Shown here one piece after another: positions 25,032 to 37,894 of a stretch of 64,000 nt of DNA (position 1 is the stretch's first letter; each line of letters opens with the position of its first letter). A program made the position numbers and the translations under genes. Source of the DNA: Auanema rhodensis (taxonomy: Eukaryota; Animalia; Nematoda); assembly GCA_964057225.1 (NCBI GenBank), contig OZ059898.1, forward strand, positions 5,580,001 to 5,644,000, in the 5' to 3' direction. The notes beneath the pieces were generated by a model. It did no database searches and had not been told where the DNA came from. It worked only from the letters and a program-made list of their open reading frames with translations.

Positions 25032-27685
25032 ATGAATCGCTCCGCAAAAATCATTTTGTCAGCCACATGCGGTCCTCAGCGACAAACATTGAGCAGGTAT
25101 GTTTTTAAGTCAAATTTCCCTTTGAGTCATTTTAACGAAGCGAATGAAATTAAGCAACAAAACATTGCTACACTCTGTCTTTGAAAATCGATTCTCTCTT
25201 TGTTTATATAATACATTTGTTTTGATATTATGAGTCGGGAGTACGTGGCTCTCCCGGAACCTCGTTCATTTTTGTTTCCGAATGAAACTAATTGGCTGTT
25301 TATTGTTCGGGTAATTTAATTTTTTGCTTGACTTATGTTTTTATATACATTTCTTAATGTCTGCATTGCTTTTTAACCACATTTGTTTAAAGAACATTTG
25401 GACGATTTTTCTATCTGGATCATTAGGTCTTTTTTGAAAAGCTGTCCCAATTTTCATGCCTTATAGTTAAGTCTTTAACTATTTAGTTGCTTTAACGTTT
25501 TTTAGCTAAGCCCAACTGTTTAAATAAATTTAAACTTTGAAAACGTTACGTTGTTTGATATTGGTCAATGCCATCTACATATCTCTGTACGTTATTTCTG
25601 TTTTTTGTTAACAACATTTGTTCAGGTATCATGGTTATACAGATTTCTCGCGAGGAGTTATTAAAAAAGGACACTTTCTTGTTCGACGCTGATGGGGTTC
25701 TTTGGACTGGAGAAAATCCTGTGCCTGGTGCTGTCGACTTCGTGAAATCCCTTCTTGCTGCTGGAAAGAGAGTTTTCATTCTCACCAATAATTCTACTAA
25801 GACCATTGACCATTATATGAAGAAGATTGAACGTATTGGTTTTGGTGATATTTCTAAGGAGAATGTTATAAGCCCTGCCATTGTTCTTGTGGACTATCTC
25901 AACGAGAATAAGGATTTCGAAAATCAAAAAGTATATTTAATAGGAACTGAGAATCTTCGTACTATGATCGAAACTGGAAGCACTGTACGTTGCTTTGGGA
26001 CCGGGCCAGATCACATCATGGATTATACAAGTGAAGATATTTTACACAGTGTCGATATTCAGACGATACCAAAAGCTGTAATATGCAGCTTTGATTCACA
26101 TTTCTCTTATCCCAAGATCATGAAAGCCGCAAACTATCTGAAAAGGAAGGACGTCCAATTTTTTATCACCAACGAGGATTACACGTTTCCTGGACCAGAT
26201 CCTAACGTTGTTATTCCTGGCTCTGGTACTACTGCCGCATGTCTTCGAGCTATTGCGAATGATACAGAGCCTATCGTCTTTGGTAAACCACACAAACAAA
26301 TGGCGAATTATTTAAAAAAACGCCACCATATTGATCCATCTTCAACGATTATGTTTGGTGATCGCCTGGATACTGACATTGCATTTGCTAACAATAATAA
26401 CATTGATAGTTGTCTTGTTTTAACTGGTATTCACAGTCTTGCCGATGTCGAAAAAGCTCGACAACAAGAAAAATCTCATCTTATTCCTAAATTCCAATTT
26501 TCGTTTGCTTAGTTTCATTCGCTTCTATGTCGTGTTTTTTTTAATTGTATTAGGTATTAGAAAGTTTGTTGTAATAAATAGTTTTAGGTTCTCGACTTCT
26601 GCCGTAGTGCGTAAAGATGGTCCCAGCGAGCAGCCGAAAGCCCAAGGATGGTTCAGCAAGATCTTGGTATACATATTTTTTTCTTACCTTTTTACAAATG
26701 AAGTTATAGACAGGACAGCAAATGGATCCCTCTGGGTGGCAAAAGCAAAGTCATTCCAGTTTGCTAAGTTCATCAAATGCAATTTACGAGATATCTAGTT
26801 AGTCAAAAGAGGTCATCTTCAGTCTGGAATTTTTTTAGCCCATAATTACAAACCTGGAGAAAAAGAAGAATATTTGGCAAAGTTCGGCAATCTGAAGAAT
26901 GAACTAACAGAAAAAGTTTGGTTTTTTCTTGTGTTGAAATAATTAAAATTTATAGATACCATCTGTTGATTTGGTAGGGTCTTGGACAGTCAGTTATGGA
27001 AGGACCAGAGACCAAGCCATTCATCTTTGGCGGTATTCCAAAGGATACGGAGACGTTGACAGGTTTTCCTGTTTATTAAGTTTTCTTCAAAGCGCACACT
27101 GATATTTTAGCGTTGTGAGACTTGGAGCATCAGATTCAGCTTTGGTAGCAGCTGATAATGATGTGGGGCGCCTTTGTGGAAGACGTAAAAGTGTTCTTGT
27201 AAAGTCCTTCAGCTACTGGAGAGAACCCGAGCAGCGTCCTGCTACTCATGTATATGATATGAGAAGTTATTGTCTTCAGGTGAAGGGATTTACTGTTGTA
27301 TTATATATTTTCTTAATTTAGCCTGGTACAATGATCGAGTGGGCAAATGCATGGGCTAAAGGTATCACTTTCCGCCGTGAGCAGAATCAAGATGTAGGTG
27401 GCTTTTTTGCACAGGTAGAGTTTCGTTTTTCTGCTCATCCTATTCACTATTGCTTTACAGATAGGCCAACTCTATGTTGTCTACCATATTTGGGCTTATC
27501 CATCCATGTCGGCTAGACACGATACTCGAACTCAAACCTGGGCTAAGCCTGGATGGGACGCAACTGTTGCTTACACCGGTATTGTACTTTCTCCTTTTTT
27601 AAAGACACACTTTTTTTCAGTTCCTCTTATAAAAAAGATGCAATCTAAGATTCTAACACCAACTAAGTATTCCCAACTTCAATAA
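25032..27685 (+). CDS. NIPSNAP: NIPSNAP family mitochondrial protein, multi-exon; intron 1 (25097-26587) hosts another gene
   Basis: Exon 1 (25032-25096, MNRSAKIILSATCGPQRQTLSR, phase 2) joins exon 2 at 26588 (FSTSAVVRKDG...GWFSKIL). NIPSNAP motifs YDMRSYCLQPGTMIEWANAWAKGI, GGFFAQIGQLYVVYHIWAY and WAKPGWDATVAYTVPLI. Confidence 0.92.
25631..26512 (+). CDS. Intronless HAD class IIA phosphatase (PGP/glycerol-3-phosphate phosphatase/pNPPase-like), nested in NIPSNAP intron 1
   Basis: Motif I FDADGVLW, motif II LTNNS, motif III FGKP, motif IV GDRLDTD, plus LVLTG. Start placed at ATG 25631, 5 nt after a TTCAG acceptor; the ORF-track start at 25568 is probably intronic. Confidence 0.93.
   Translation: MVIQISREELLKKDTFLFDADGVLWTGENPVPGAVDFVKSLLAAGKRVFILTNNSTKTIDHYMKKIERIGFGDISKENVISPAIVLVDYLNENKDFENQKVYLIGTENLRTMIETGSTVRCFGTGPDHIMDYTSEDILHSVDIQTIPKAVICSFDSHFSYPKIMKAANYLKRKDVQFFITNEDYTFPGPDPNVVIPGSGTTAACLRAIANDTEPIVFGKPHKQMANYLKKRHHIDPSSTIMFGDRLDTDIAFANNNNIDSCLVLTGIHSLADVEKARQQEKSHLIPKFQFSFA
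26573..26587 (+). promoter_or_regulatory. AATAAA poly(A) signal abutting the TTTTAG 3' splice site
   Basis: Sequence gtAATAAAtagTTTTAG|gttctc: AATAAA at 26573-26578, acceptor AG at 26586-26587. Confidence 0.7.
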
Positions 27686-28014
27686 GGAGAATGAGCATAA
27701 CGATCGATGAATTGCATCTCATAATTTCTAGTTCAAGTTTAACCCCATTTATACGATATTATAGATTAGAATGCCTATTCAGCAAACTATTTATGAAGTT
27801 TAGTCAGCCTTATGTTTTTTTAGTGCTTATGACCGGGTGTTTTCTGTGTAGATAGAAGGGGGCTATTAATTAGTTTGGTCATTTCGCAATTTTGAAACGT
27901 GTGTTACTTTCTGTATTATAAATATTTATAATTGCTGGGTTTTCACTCAAGATTGTTTCTTCAATAAGAATATCTGTTTTGCATTTTTTCATTTACAGTT
28001 TCAATGTTTTTAGA

Positions 28015-29152
28015 ATGTCCAAAAATCCTTTTGAGGATGATTTCCGAAGCAGCGGTGTGAACAAAACTAGTATAATTTGTCTAAATTATGCTTTCGAAAA
28101 TAGTTTCTTTTAGACCAAGTAAAAAGCTATACTATGGGCCCGAGTACTATTGAAGACGAAACTGATTATTACGAAAGAGAAATCGAAAAGTATATGCAAG
28201 ACTCTTTGGACTCTACTGAACGTTCTCGACGTCATCTCGAGAACTCTGAAAGGCTTGGTGTTCAAACTGCTCAAGTAATACCTATATTTTACTAATATGT
28301 ATAATTATGTTTTTTTAGGACCTTCTTGAACAAAGAGAGAAGCTGGAAAGAACTGAGAAGAATCTCCAGGACATTCGGCATACTACACAGGTTCGGTAGT
28401 ATATCTGGTGTTGTATTGAAACATTGTAATAGGTAACGCAAAGAAATTTGAACAGTTTGAAATCATTCTTCGGGGGTTTTATAAAAAATAAATTCAGTCG
28501 TAAACCACAGGAACAAATACCATCTGTCAATGTGAGTTTCTGAAATTTTTTGAAATAATTGACTAAAATGTTTGCAGGTTCCCGCTTCAAAATCGTCTTC
28601 TCATCTTAATGATAAATTGAACGATTTAACTCAAGGTGGCTCTACCTCTGCTTCTTTTTCTGGAGGATCAAGTTTAAGTGATTCTTCTCGAGCTGCTCTG
28701 CAAGGGACTCGCTGGGAAGAAATGGATAAGCAAATTGACCAAAATCTTGGTAATACGAAAAATAAGAAATGCTCCGAATATTCTATCATTTTTCAGATAG
28801 CATGGCTGCTAACTTACGCAGTCTGAAAGGATTGGGAGTAGCATTGGGGCGTGAAGTCGAGGAGCAAAATCAAATGTTGGATCGTATCCATGATGTAGCA
28901 TTAGGCAACGACGAAATTATTCGTGCTCAAGACAAACAAGTATAATTTTTCTATTTATACATTTTGGTAGCATCATATATATGACTATTGCAGATGAAAA
29001 AAATACTTGGTCAAGTTGATTCAAAGCCTGATGAGTCTTCATCTGTTCCAAGGTTTCCTATCATTTGTTATTAATATGTTTATATTTGTTTCAGCATGGA
29101 CACATCTACTAAAATGTCTTTAGTCATGAAGGCGGGATCCCTCATGCGTTGA
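28015..29152 (+). CDS. snap-29: SNAP-29 (Qbc-SNARE), multi-exon
   Basis: N-terminal NPF motif (MSKNPFEDD) and two SNARE motifs: SLDSTERSRRHLENSERLGVQTAQDLLEQREKL and EMDKQIDQNL...LGREVEEQNQMLDRI. Confidence 0.95.
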
Positions 29153-29616
29153 GTTCTTTCACCTATATCGGTGTTCCATTTATATACATTCTGTGTACAG
29201 TCCAAAGCAATAAAAGTAATATTTCAACAAAACAACTTAATTATAATTCCTATTTCCAGACTTGAATATTTCGTCGAATACGAATCACTAAATATGTAAA
29301 AAGAATATGATCGCAAGGGTTTTTCAGAGAGGAAATGTGATTTTTCATATAATCTGTTCATATTTTAAATTTTTTTCTAACCAGTGCTTCAATACATTTT
29401 ATGTTCTTTGCATGCATAAAGGCTTTTCATTATTAATTATATAAATTTAAAATCTCAAATTATCTAGATTGTTCACAGAACGTTTATCATTCGAGGTGAA
29501 AATATGACAACGAAAACTGATGACCTCTATATATATCGTTCTAGAATTGATTCATTTAGTCATGGAAATGTTAGCTGAGATATTTCCTCTTGGATTGCAT
29601 CATGTTTGTTTTATCC

Positions 29617-31581
<1,965 letters not shown>

Positions 31582-32650
31582 CTATCATAAAGGAGTGATA
31601 AATCTATGCTCCAGAGAGCAGAAATGTGATGGTCAAGTCAATAAGAAAAGAGAGATATTGCCCCAAAATATCCATTCAATATGTAAATTATGATTATGTT
31701 GAAGTTTTCGATATAATGATTTCAGATGAACTAATCAAAAAAATGAAGGGATGATTCAGAATCGTAAGGCAATTGATAAGACAGAGGCTTATCGATTTGT
31801 TAATTTGTATAGGTTTAGTGCCAAGAAGTGCGTAGAGTTGCGCGTCATCTGATAGACGCGCACTCCCGACCAGTCAGGTTCGTTGTCATCTTGCGTTCAA
31901 CTGATATTTTCAAATAAAAGAAAAAAGAAGATTGTTGAAGAAGAGACAGAGCGTTGACACGAGACAATATTGCACATTGTTTCTAAGTATATAAGAATAT
32001 TAATGTATTTTAAAATATGAGATAGGCATATATATGGTCATAAACTTCAATCTGATTGAAAAGTTTGGATATTTGGTATAGTGCGAGTTGTTTCACCACT
32101 GTTGACCAGAAAGGCGGAAAAAATGATAAGCCGATGTAGTGGAAGAGGACAACCCAAGTCCGATTTTTAATTCGATTCGCATAAAACGAGGGACTCCAAC
32201 ATGAAAAATGGGATCATCAAACCATCAACTAGCAGTCAATGACATTGTTCTCTTCTGATGATGACTGTATGTTTCGCCAGTTCAAGCAAAGTTGACCATC
32301 TGTTAGGTCTTACCAGGTGCATTCCTAGGAAATCTCATACTTTACTTTTTACGAATTTGAAGTTTAAGTAAAATTATATATTTATTTATACTTTATTAAT
32401 AAATCAACAAATTAAAACTTTTGACTTGATAACAAGGTAGCAACATTTGTAAAATTTAGTTAGAAGACGCGTTGGCAGAATTAATGTTATGATATGATAT
32501 GACAGATTTAAAGATATTCTCCTATTTCCACACAACCTAATTAAAAAGTAAAAATAAACAACTAATATATCATATCAAAGGCACTGAGTATTAAAAATCT
32601 AGTAAACTTCTGTAACAAAAACAAAACATTTTAATTTTTAGATGCACTAT

Positions 32651-35467
32651 CTAAATAGTGGTTTCATCATCTTTTGGAATATCAAACAGTGGGAACAGTT
32701 TGGCTAACTGTCGGAAATCTTCAACTGGTCTACCGTCCTCGATTAATCTACGTGCTACATCAATGGATGGACCAAACACATTAAGTAAAAGAACACCAAT
32801 AACCTGGAACAACCTTCAAGGGCAACAGATTAGAAATGAACGCACCTGGTTATTAGTTCCTTTATAGAAAACAACTCCTCTTTCATATTTTTCCTTATCT
32901 TGTTCCTATAGCAGTTTGAAATAAAAATAAAAATAAAAATAGTATTTTATACATCTTTCGCAAACACTGAAACAGTGGGGAGCTCAGAAGAGGTAACACC
33001 AACAGCACTTATGTGATACTTCGGTGAAAACTTGGTGAAAAATGAAGGCTGATACCTGAAATCAAAATCGATTTTCAGTTTAAACGTAGAAAACACAAAC
33101 CAGAAAGATTTTTCTCCTCCTGTCATATTCTCTCCAGCCAAACGACCAGATATCTGAGCATGTTCCCAATGTTCTAATCGTCGTCTACCAAGTGCTTTAT
33201 CGAAGAAGGAGCAATTATCTCCAGCACAATAAACTCCAGACTTAACTCTTAATTCAGAATCGGCTAACAAACCTCCTAGTTTGGAATCGGTCTAAGAAAA
33301 ATATATTGATTAGTAACACGAATAACGTTCGTACCTCTAATCCTGATGCTCCTGCTAATTCTACATTAGGAGACACCCCAATAGCTACAACAACAAAATC
33401 GCTTTGAATATCAGATGTAGGACCAGATAGCTAAAAAAATATTAAGAGACAATCCGATTTTTGTTGTATACTTTCAAGTTAATTTTGTCATTAGAGACTT
33501 CTGCAGCAATTACTTTCGATTGAGTTAAAACGTTTACTCCAAACTGCTTTACTGATTCAGTTGCTAAGTGTGATAAGTGATCTGGCAAAACTTTAGCTAA
33601 GTTGCCATTCTCCGCAATAACCTGATTTTAAAATGAGAATTCAAAAGAGTTATGATGTGTAGAACAAAACCTGGTTAACTTGCAAATGATTGTTTTTACG
33701 CTTGATACTGTAAGCCAATTCAGATCCTAAAAATCCACCTCCCACAACTGTTACGGACTTGGCTTGCTTAGTTTTCTCTTCTAGATGTTTGTAATCATTT
33801 ATCTGGAATAGTATAGTATTAGATGAAAACATGGAAAAGAAATTAACATTACGAAGATATATAACTTTGCTCTTGATCTGTTCGTTTTTTTCTAATTCAC
33901 TTATTTTCTTAGGTTGAGAGCCTGAATATATATTATTTTAAGTTATATGAAAACTAACAAAAACCTGTAGCTAATAAGCATTTTCCAAATTTAACAACGG
34001 TACCATCCTCCAAATAAGCTTCCCGAGCATCAGCGTTTAGTTTCACCACTTTACGCTGGGATAACAGCGAAACACCTCCATGAACAGTTTTTTCAAGTTC
34101 CGAAGGGGGTACAAAGAATCCCTGAACAGAAAATGAAAAAAAATTTACAAGCTGAATCATACTGGTGCTTCAAAGAAAATATCTCTTGTTTTTCCAGTTA
34201 AAGCTTTATATTCAAGAGTTTCATTAGAATTTTCATCACCGTACCACCATAACTCCTTTGATAGAGGTGGTTTTTGATATGGTAAATTAGATTCTTCCCC
34301 GACCTAGGTTGTGAATATGTAATTTTTGGATCAGATTGATCACAAACCATTAAAACCTTCGCATCTGCATCCCGAGCTCTAATAGCTATAGCAGCATAAT
34401 AAGCTGCAGCTCCACTACCGATAAGGAGATATTCACAATAAACGGGAATCTATAATCTTATTCTTAACAAATTACACTTTAAAATTTGAGCATGCAATGG
34501 CAAAATAAAGGCAATCACCATACAATATCAAAATATACTATTTATCTATTACACTATAACAATAAAATCTAAGAATCCACCTTGCTGTCGTTATTTTTCG
34601 ATGTGTTGTGAATCTTAAAATAAAACAATAAATGAGGTTAAATAATTTGATAAGTTACCTCCTCAGCAGCAACATTTGATGATTCAGCTTCTACAGCTTT
34701 TTCATTTTTCTTAATTTTAACAAATTGATCAAAAGTTCATTTTGGAGTAACTCACCTCTGTTGGCACTTCTTCAGATGGGCTATCGGTGCGCGAAAGCTC
34801 ATCTTCTTTTGGAGATTCCGAAACATTATTTTCAGCGACCGAATCAACAGTAACAGATTCAACAGGTGCTGTTTCAATTATTTCGGGTTGTTCTATAACA
34901 GTAGATGCCTCAACATGAACCTTGGCTTCTTTCTCTTCTCGAACTTGAGTAGTAGGCTGAACACATTTTGTGAAGACAAAGCTATCAGATAATTCAAACC
35001 TTAGCATGAGAATGGGATTTTCCATGGTCATCAGAGCTCTTGAAGACATCAGTGTAGGTTACCTATAAAGAAAAATTTTCATAACAACATTTGCTTGAAG
35101 TTTGTTACCACAGCCAAGAATGTTAATAAGACTCCAATACCGGCACCAACAAATGATGCATAATCCTCAGCACCTGGACTATAAGGCGTTGGGGCACTGA
35201 TTGGCTCTACCTAGATAAATAATCATTTTTTCAAAAACAAAAAATACAGAAACAACCTTATTTCCAAAAAAGCTTTGATTTGCAGAACCCGGCTTGGGGA
35301 TATAAACAGGAACAGGCTCTGCAAAACGTAAAAATATTTTCAAATTTTTATTAGAGAAAGTAACCATGATCATGGTGTCCTCCTAAGCTGACAGCGGTAG
35401 TTCTGATATTTCTGAACGAGTTTCTTAAAGAAACGCGTGATGAGGAAGAAATAAGTCTAATTAACAT
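32651..35467 (-). CDS. wah-1: Apoptosis-inducing factor (AIF) homolog, mitochondrial flavoprotein, multi-exon
   Basis: Presequence MLIRLISSSSRVSLRNSFRNIRT. FAD/NAD motifs YLLIGSGAAA, PYQKPPLSKELW, CLLATG and VVGGGFLGSELA, plus RRRLEHWEHAQISGRLAGENM. Confidence 0.94.
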
Positions 35468-35663
35468 TTTCTACTCGCTCTAGCTAATAGCCCTGTAAAT
35501 ATAAAAAATGAAATACATAAAACATAAAACACAACAAAATATAAAAGTTGGTAAAACCGATAATAGAATATAATTAAAGAATATAAATAAAAATACTCTT
35601 TAAAAAGAGATAGCAAAACCCGTATTTTTACACTTTAACAACAAACAATATTAACACAAAACT

Positions 35664-37531
35664 TCACATAGGAATAACTTTTTGTTTCAGAGGTGAAGGT
35701 TCAGTGTGAACCGGCGAGGATGGAGGAGGAATATCTGGTTCAGGAGATTGTGGGGGTGGGATCTCCGGCTCAGGAGAGGCTGGAGGAGGAATTTCAGCTT
35801 GAGGAGAAGCAGCTGGAGGAATTTCTGGTTCTGGTGAAGCTGGAGACTGAAGATTTTTCGTGGGAGATACTTTTTTCTTCGTTATGAGATCAGAACGAGT
35901 CGCTCGAGTTTTAGTTGGAGAAACATTTTTCTTTGGTGACTCGGATACTTTACGACCCCTAAGTGTTGTGCGTCTAATATTAGCCTGCTCTTTATTATCA
36001 TCAGCGTTTGCTTTCGGAGAAACCATATCACCAGTGTCATCAATTAAATCTATCTCCATCATTTCAACAGGTACAATTTTTTCTTCCTTAACTATTTTTT
36101 GACGTGCCAACTTCTGTTTTCTCAATGCCTCAGCTTTGTTAACTAGATCTCTCAATTCCTTGACTTTATCTAGTTGAACTGGGATATCGCCCAACATTGG
36201 AGTTATTTTCTGAAACAGATAATTCTAGATAATATAATACACGCTTGCTATACTTCTGCAATGATATCTCTCCTAGATTGGTTGCGAGCGATTTCTGCTA
36301 TCAAAAAATCAATTCTGGTCTTTGTCCATGGAGTATTAGCATCCCACAGTAACGCTTAAAAGAAAAGTTGTTATTCATAGGTTCTCTTCAGCAGAAATCT
36401 CAATCAAGGATAAGGTAAATTTTTCAACAAATGCAAAATGAACTTACAAATATCAAGATCTGCTTCTTTGACTTTCGTATTCCACTTCATCGTTAACTCA
36501 GCGATCCCCATATTTAGATTAACAGATGCAGGTATAATATCTTTCTCGTACACAATATACTTCAGATATTTAGGAAACGCCTAAAAAAGGGTAGTTATTA
36601 CTTCATTATCAACATAGTACTATACCATTTTAGCAAACTCCTTTGCCAAAAGAGCAGAATCCCGGTACTGATTAAGAATGTAGTTATTGTTTTTTACAAA
36701 GTAATCACCACACACGACAACCATAGAGGAACACATCTCAGCAAACTTAGGAGCATATGTTATGAAAAATACCGTGAACTCAGGGCATTTTAAATCCAAG
36801 GGCAATAGGTATTGATACTTAAATATAGAAGTATGATCAGTCACGTAATAAATATACCATTTTTTTGTCGTAACCAGGGAATATAAAATGTTCAACCAAT
36901 GTTTTTATGAAAAACTCAGCGTGCTTACGACTTGTGCTATCCTCAAAATATAATAATCAGTAGCTTATGCAAGAATGCAATTTACTTTGGAAAGCCATTG
37001 AGATATTGGCATATACAGATGCAGAACAGGAACTTGCAGAGCAAAAGAAGCAAGGCGAAATAACACTTGTATTCTGTAATCGTGAAGGATAGTCTCTCCT
37101 TGACGACCCAAAAAAATAGCCTCAAAATAAGCGTTTTTGCTCGAATCTTCAGATTTTTCCTAAAAAGATCAAATCGTAATAGAACCATAGAATATTGAAA
37201 CACACGGTGAAAAACTGAGCCAAAACCCTTAGTAGAGCAAACTGTTGTAGCGAAGATAATCTGGTAGTTGATCGATCATTGGTTAAACAAAATATATCAT
37301 TGTCAACTAGTGGTTGCCAATCTGCATATTGAGGAGCCATAGTTCGTTTTCGTGCAGGACCCGCAAGACGAACATGTTTAGACATCTAAGATTAATTTTT
37401 AATTGGTCGAAATAAAATTATTTATGTGCCTGAGCTAATGCTTCCTGTGCACATTGCGGAAATGGTAAATTTGTGGTTGTTGGTATCACAGGTCCCGCAT
37501 GATTTTGACCTCCTCCTCTAGGAGGTCTCAT
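35664..37531 (-). CDS. INTS15: C7orf26/INTS15 (Integrator subunit 15)-like protein with Pro-rich tail, multi-exon
   Basis: LPFPQCAQEALAQ...RLSSLQQFALLRVLAQFFTEKSEDSSKNAYFEAIF...RIQVLFRLASFAL..PVL....SQWL aligns by eye to recalled human C7orf26 (RLNSLQELQLLEIMCNYFQEQTKDSVRQIIF...RMSLLGKLVSMAV..PVL..AASWL). Confidence 0.78.
35711..35850 (-). repeat. Degenerate 30-bp coding tandem repeat (about 4.5 copies) encoding SPEPEIPPP-like units
   Basis: PASPEPEIPP AASPQAEIPP PASPEPEIPP PQSPEPDIPP PSSP in ORF 35664..36197. Confidence 0.85.
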
Positions 37532-37894
37532 ACTAAAGAGAATATTAGGGAGATTTGAAGCATTAATTTAATTCTAATAATAGACAGGTTAATTCGGCAA
37601 ATAAATCTATAATTAATTCAATATAATTAAACGTAAAATTTATTTCCAATTTGACGTACTGCACATACTCTGTTTACAGCGTTTTTATGGTTATGATTGT
37701 AGGATTTTAATAGTTCCCAGGCGCGAATTTGAAATTTTGCATATTATTATTAAGATTTTAAATATTTTTTCATTTGTTTACTTTCATTATTTTGTTTCTA
37801 ATTTTAGCTCTATGATAAAATATCAATGCTTCATGTCAAGTAAATTTTGGAGCACAGTTTGTTAAGTAAGAAGGGCTTTTGCTTGTTCTGAAAT
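37532..37894. promoter_or_regulatory. Bidirectional promoter with adjacent E2F and CHR elements (37720-37734)
   Basis: 363 bp between divergent ATGs. It contains GGCGCGAA (reverse complement TTCGCGCC, E2F site) followed immediately by TTTGAAA (CHR). Confidence 0.6.

Noticed and set aside
25568-25630. Hydrophobic N-terminal extension (signal-like) of the HAD ORF
   Set aside because: It is the U-rich region before a TTCAG acceptor; ATG 25631 fits the family start better.
27828-27885. ATGACC...GGTCAT stem after the NIPSNAP stop as a SECIS-like element
   Set aside because: No apical AAR motif or GA quartet geometry, and no in-frame TGA in the upstream gene.
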